From positions 896,001 through 960,000 of the forward strand of contig CAVQMO010000010.1 in assembly GCA_963713605.1 (NCBI GenBank): 64,000 nucleotides of DNA. The letters are read 5' to 3'. The notes beneath the pieces are model-generated. The model made no database searches, was not told the origin of the DNA, and worked only from the letters and a program-made list of their open reading frames with translations. Source of the stretch: an uncultured Nitrososphaerales archaeon (GTDB lineage: Archaea > Thermoproteota > Nitrososphaeria > Nitrososphaerales > Nitrososphaeraceae). Positions 59,415 through 64,000 of the stretch are shown in pieces; positions within the stretch are counted from its first letter, which is position 1; the number at the start of each line of letters is the position of its first letter. The translations under genes and the position numbers were made by a program.

Positions 59415-59808
59415 CTAATATATAGTGCTTGCTACTATCTCAATTAGATTAGCTACTTGAATTGGCTTTTTAATGTATTTTACAATATACTTGTATTCCT
59501 CCAATTCTTTTACAAGTGTATTATTTAGATCATAAGCTGAAATAAGAATTATTTTAGTTTCATTATATTGCTTTATTGTACGAGCAACAAAATCGCCAAA
59601 CATATCCCCTAATCTATAGTCAAGTAATATCAAATGAATTTTGTTACCCCGATTCTTTTCTTCTATGAATCTCGCAACACACTCTTCACCAGAACTAGTC
59701 AAAATTATGTTGTATTTGGACTCCAGAGCTGAGCTTAAATAGTTGAAGCACGTCCCGTTCATCATCACAAACCATTACTGTTTTCTTTTCTGGTGCAGGA
59801 TTTGACAT
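59415..59808 (-). pseudogene. Response regulator receiver, frameshift near 59740
   Basis: KTVMVCDDE + ILLDYRLGDMFG...LISAY...IKKPI. Confidence 0.85.
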
Positions 59809-60360
59809 TATTATGATAAATTATATTATGTATTAAATTATTAGGTGGTAAATTCTGTTCCAATTACTATACTAAGTGAGAAAACATCTATTTAGCAATC
59901 AACTGTATTTCCAATTATTCCTGGTCTGATGATGCATCAATATCACTGCTAGATGATATGATTGGCTGGTCAGCAAGTTGAGCAAGCACTTCGGTCTGCA
60001 CGTGGTTATTTAGTATAAATTCTTGATCAGTTGGTAAATCCTATATACACTATAATGAAAAAATGTAAAGTAGATTTCAGTGACCGTTCTTGGATTTGAA
60101 GCCCGATGAAATTCAGAGTAGCGGGGACGATCCTTAAATATTTTGATATATGACTCATTACACAATTTCTGTATAGCCACTCGTCTTACTTACACTCCTG
60201 CAGAAAATTTTAAGGAAAATAACTCGGCTCACCCGTCTTGCTTCTTCTCAATGGCTGATTCATTCGACAGACAGGTCCTCTGCGTATTAATCAAGGACCT
60301 GTCCACATGAAGCATTAATTATTGCTCCAGTCGAAGAGTTTGCCCGGTCAGAAGCAATGG

Positions 60361-60603
60361 AGGCTGCTTACCTACTTTACGCTTAATAGATTTTGAACTA
60401 TCTTAGACATGTCAGTACACCCCTAGCTAGTCAATGATGTCAGGATAGTTCAAAATGTTCTAAAATGCTTTCTAAAATGAAAAGCAACTATCCATCTGTA
60501 TCCATCCTTCACGATGTTATACTGTTATTTGGTACCTATTGATAGGCTGCTTACCTACTTTACGCTTAATTGATTTTGAACTATCTTAGACATGTCAGTA
60601 CAC
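60361..60603. repeat. 60-bp direct repeat (60361..60420, 60544..60603) with a partial inverted copy between
   Basis: One mismatch between the copies; ATTTTGAACTATC at 60390 vs GATAGTTCAAAAT at 60444. Confidence 0.9.
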
Positions 60604-60689
60604 TCCTAGTGTGTGTTGAAATTGAAATATTAAAAGCATCAACATGACAAAACACAGCCTCACTAAACTCGCTCCCCAAAGCAAGAATG

Positions 60690-61290
60690 GTGAAGCTAGA
60701 TAGCGAAATTGATCGCCCGCGATGGACGGATCTAATAGCTATAATGCCTCCAATCTTTTTTAAGACGCTTGAATTTCTTAAGGCAGTAAAGCCTGATCCT
60801 GTTACTGGTAGACCAGACGAGTCGTCCATGGACTCTAAACGCAGTACAGATAGCTAAGAACCTTCCAGCTCCGGTCAGTTTTGCCCAAACTATCTTTCAC
60901 GCTATTCACGCGTTTCTATTTGTAAATGCAGTGGATAAGCCACAGTACGCCAGATATCACTGGGAGCCTGAAGCAGGAGTTGCTAACCAGAAGCTGGAGG
61001 AACTTCAGAATAAACCGTCATCGTATCTCTTTGAAGAGTTGGAAGAACGGCTGCGATAAGCGCCAGTGGTTCAATCTAGTCCTGCAACTTGCCGAAAAAA
61101 GCGATCCTACTGACGATCCGACATCACTATGGCCAGACGAGCATCGTCGCGTACGCATAGGGCGACGACAGTCGAAGAGATCGGCATTCCCGTAATGCTA
61201 CAAGATTCTACTCGCCTTACAGATGGCATTGAACCATCTGATGATCCAATCCTAGCTGTGCGTCGCGGCGTCTATGAAGTCTCAGTGCAA
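60690..61290 (+). pseudogene. Catalase-related peroxidase (SrpA-like), degraded C-terminal half
   Basis: KPDPVTGRPD, PVSFAQTIFHAIHAFLFVN, LQLAEKSDPTDDPTSLWP, DGIEPSDDPILAVRRGVYEVS. Confidence 0.75.
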
Positions 61291-61552
61291 AAGCTACCAG
61301 AAATGTCTGGTTGGTTTTGATAACATCCTGGGTAAGATATGGGATATTGCTAATAATCAGGACTCTTTGGAAAGGGACAGGCCGAAAGCGGTCTCTATAG
61401 GAATGCAAGCATATGGTATGAAGATTGATCTTTTGTCCTCGGCTACTATGGTGGAGAGAGCAGTTCAGTTTGTGGAGAGTCATCGCAAGACCAATAGTAG
61501 TTCGACTTCCCAAAACGACGCTCAAAACTTGACTATGAGGACCAGGGTTTGA
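61290..61552 (+). pseudogene. Second TerS-like relic (C-terminal part)
   Basis: YQKCLVGFDNILGKIW...YGMKIDLLSSATMVERAVQFV. Confidence 0.6.
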
Positions 61553-61890
61553 AAGACCAAAACGAAGTAGAAAAACAGTATTAACTAGACTCTCATAATC
61601 AGGGAATCTTGAAGTTCGACTTTTCTTTTATTGTTTCTATCATACTTATCACGATGGAGAACATCAAATAAGACATTATTGTAATTATCACTGGAATATC
61701 TTAGATATTGGCATGTTATTGGCAGTTAATCATAGGCATAGTATATTTCTAGTAGTATCATATCACGTGTCAAAGCGTATCAACATTGACGCGACACTTC
61801 TGCAGAGTTAGTTTAGATGGCTCTTTCACTGACCATTATCTGAAGCATTGGTCTCATCAATGATAAATAATACCAGATGATTATTAGAAT

Positions 61891-62728
61891 ATGAATGATC
61901 AAAAAGTTGCCGTTATTACCGGCAGTTCCAGTGGAATTGGATTAGAATCTGCACTTTTATTAGCACGTAATGGTTACAAAACGTATGCTACGATGCGGTC
62001 TCTAGAAAAAGATACATCCATAAAAACAGCAGTACAGAATGAGGGTCTCCCCATTAGGGTTGTCCAGCTAGATGTTACTGATGAGAGTTCAGTGAAGAAT
62101 GCGATAGGGCATATAATATCTGAAGTTGGCAGGATAGATATCCTCGTAAATAATGCCGGCTATGGGCTCGGTGGCGCGTTAGAGGATCTTTCAATGGAAG
62201 AGATCAAGTCTCAGTATGAAACCAACTTATTTGGACTGATAAGAGTCATTCAGGCAGTTCTACCCACAATGAGAAAACAGAAATCAGGTAGAATTATAAA
62301 TATAAGTTCGGGTGCTGGTCTCTTTGGTTATCCCGGAGGTTCAGCTTATGTTAGTACTAAATTTGCAGTTGAGGGTCTGAGTGAATCTATTGCATATGAA
62401 TTAGAACCATGTGGAATAAAAGTTATCTTGATAGAACCTGGATTTATTAGGACTAACTTTGGAAATGCAATGGTCATAGCCAAAAAAGCGCAAGACTCGG
62501 CATCGCCATACTCTGAGCTGATGCAGAAATCTATGGCTAGTACCGCTGAACTGGCAAAGAATGCATCTGATGCAGAATTAGTTGCGAATATTGTCCTGGA
62601 TGCTGTTTTCGGATCCACGTCCCCGTCTCCGATATCTGGCAGGTAAAGATGTAGAATCTTGGGCTGCAGGTAAGAAAAATATGGATGAGCTTGAATTCTT
62701 TAATATGATCAAGAGGCTTACAACCTGA
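61891..62728 (+). pseudogene. SDR oxidoreductase, late frameshift near 62620
   Basis: TGSSSGIG, NNAG, YVSTK, IEPG; RYLAGKD tail in another frame. Confidence 0.88.
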
Positions 62729-62799
62729 TAATTGTAATTTAGGCAAAATCTTTTTGCAATAGTTCAAGTATTATCGCAGAATCGAGGCTATTGATAAAC

Positions 62800-62964
62800 A
62801 TGAGCGGCTCTTTCCCAAAATGCTATTATTGCTATAGCAAAAACTTCGGCTCAGTTGACGACTATGAGCATCACGTCGTAATTAGACACCCAAAGTTGGC
62901 CGGATGTCCCGGGCCAGCGGATATCAAATAATACTGCTTAGAGCCTAAACGATATTCCATCTAA
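62800..62964 (+). pseudogene. Zn-finger PGPADI relic
   Basis: MSGSFPKCYYCYSKNFGSVDDYEHHVVIRHPKLAGCPGPADIK*. Confidence 0.75.
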
Positions 62965-63483
62965 GCTAAAGCCAACTTTTCAGAGAATTTTAGACGACAC
63001 TAAAACTAGGAAAAAATTTGCAAAGATCTTAAATTTGCTTTAGATAGATAGTTTTCATAATTTGTTGTGCAAACGGCTTATTTATGCCGTTTATTTTCTA
63101 ACAAAGCCGTTAAGTTGGACTGCCTCAAGTCCCATAGAAACAGCTTCCTCCAGCGGGGATTTTTGTTGGGAGTAAAGCTCGAATGCTCGAGACGATATAG
63201 AAGTAGAGTATTCACTCAATTGCTTGTATCTTATTTACATCTACTACGATTTAGCTTTTGTTATCTTATGTTAATATGTAATATTGTAGTGTTATTGAGT
63301 GTAATCTCTTGTAATTTTCTATATCAGACTGATATTTGAATGAGCTCGATTGACTCCTTACAATAAATTTATCCTTTTATCCTACTCCATTTAGCTATAT
63401 TATTGCGAGACGAATTTCTTAACAATAAATTTGGCCACATGTTATTGTCATTCATTGAGTCTAGATCGTGTCCAATCTGTTCT

Positions 63484-64000
63484 CTATTCCTGAATTACTT
63501 TATGAACAAACGAGATCGCAATTGATCCTTCGCCCACGGCGGACGCAACACGCTTGATGCTGCCGTTTCGCACATCACCCACTGCAAATACCCCAGGTAA
63601 ACTGGCTTCGAGCAAATACGGTTGACGAGCAAGAGGCCAGTGTGCAACACTCAGGTTTTCAGGTGAGAGATCTAGCCCTGTCTTGATGAATCCTTTAGAG
63701 TCGAGCGCGATGCAGCCATCGAGCCAACTGGTATTAGGGTCGGCACCAGTCATGAGGAACATATGTCTGATCTTGTGTTCCTCTATCAATCCCGTTTGAT
63801 TGTTTCTCCACTTAATGGATTCTAGATGAGTGTCTCCTTGGAGAGCTATAACCTCTGTGTACGGTCGAAATACTATCTTAGGAGTTTCTTCAATTCGGCG
63901 AATCAGATATCGAGACATCTTTTCGGCCAAACTAGCAGATCGTACAAGCATGTGTATGCGCTCTGCATTCTCAGCAAGGAACACGGCAGCCTGACCGGCT
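63484..64000 (-). CDS. Thioredoxin reductase-like FAD-dependent oxidoreductase, 5'-partial
   Basis: MSRYLI, FLMTGADPNT, PGVFAVGDVRNGSIKRVASAVGEG. Confidence 0.9.
   Translation of the reverse strand, partial: AGQAAVFLAENAERIHMLVRSASLAEKMSRYLIRRIEETPKIVFRPYTEVIALQGDTHLESIKWRNNQTGLIEEHKIRHMFLMTGADPNTSWLDGCIALDSKGFIKTGLDLSPENLSVAHWPLARQPYLLEASLPGVFAVGDVRNGSIKRVASAVGEGSIAISFVHKVIQE

Overview
AT-rich archaeal DNA, most consistent with a soil ammonia-oxidising archaeon of the Nitrososphaeraceae. This is an inference from the gene repertoire: TRAM protein, stand-alone REC domains, HTH_45-type regulators, a phasin-like protein and many small acidic secreted proteins. The window is an accessory, gene-decay region with no rRNA, tRNA, CRISPR array, intact transposase or intact integrase that I can recognise. 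Intact genes include an aldo-keto reductase, a SAM methyltransferase, Hsp20, OsmC, a CDGSH protein, a thermonuclease, a VOC protein and an alpha/beta hydrolase. Many other genes are frameshifted or fragmentary. Main observations: (1) dispersed multi-copy relics of one element family, comprising an internally deleted terminase-large-subunit-like gene, three isolated TerL 3' tips, two TerS-like relics and three Zn-finger 'PGYPGPADI' relics, with no capsid genes seen; (2) a 16-bp motif TTAGnTRmTTGTAYCA in five copies, each at a fixed distance from a TATA-like box, around a wHTH regulator, a membrane protein and two secreted proteins; (3) an RHH-sensor regulator with two perfect AGATATCTAGATATCT palindromes in its divergent promoter; (4) a dispersed TGARCC-N19-GGTTCA site and TTTGCGCGCAAA palindromes; (5) an LEA-like 11-mer repeat protein, a PR-1/CAP protein with long repeats and a catalase-like relic. 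Family assignments are from motif recognition, not database searches.
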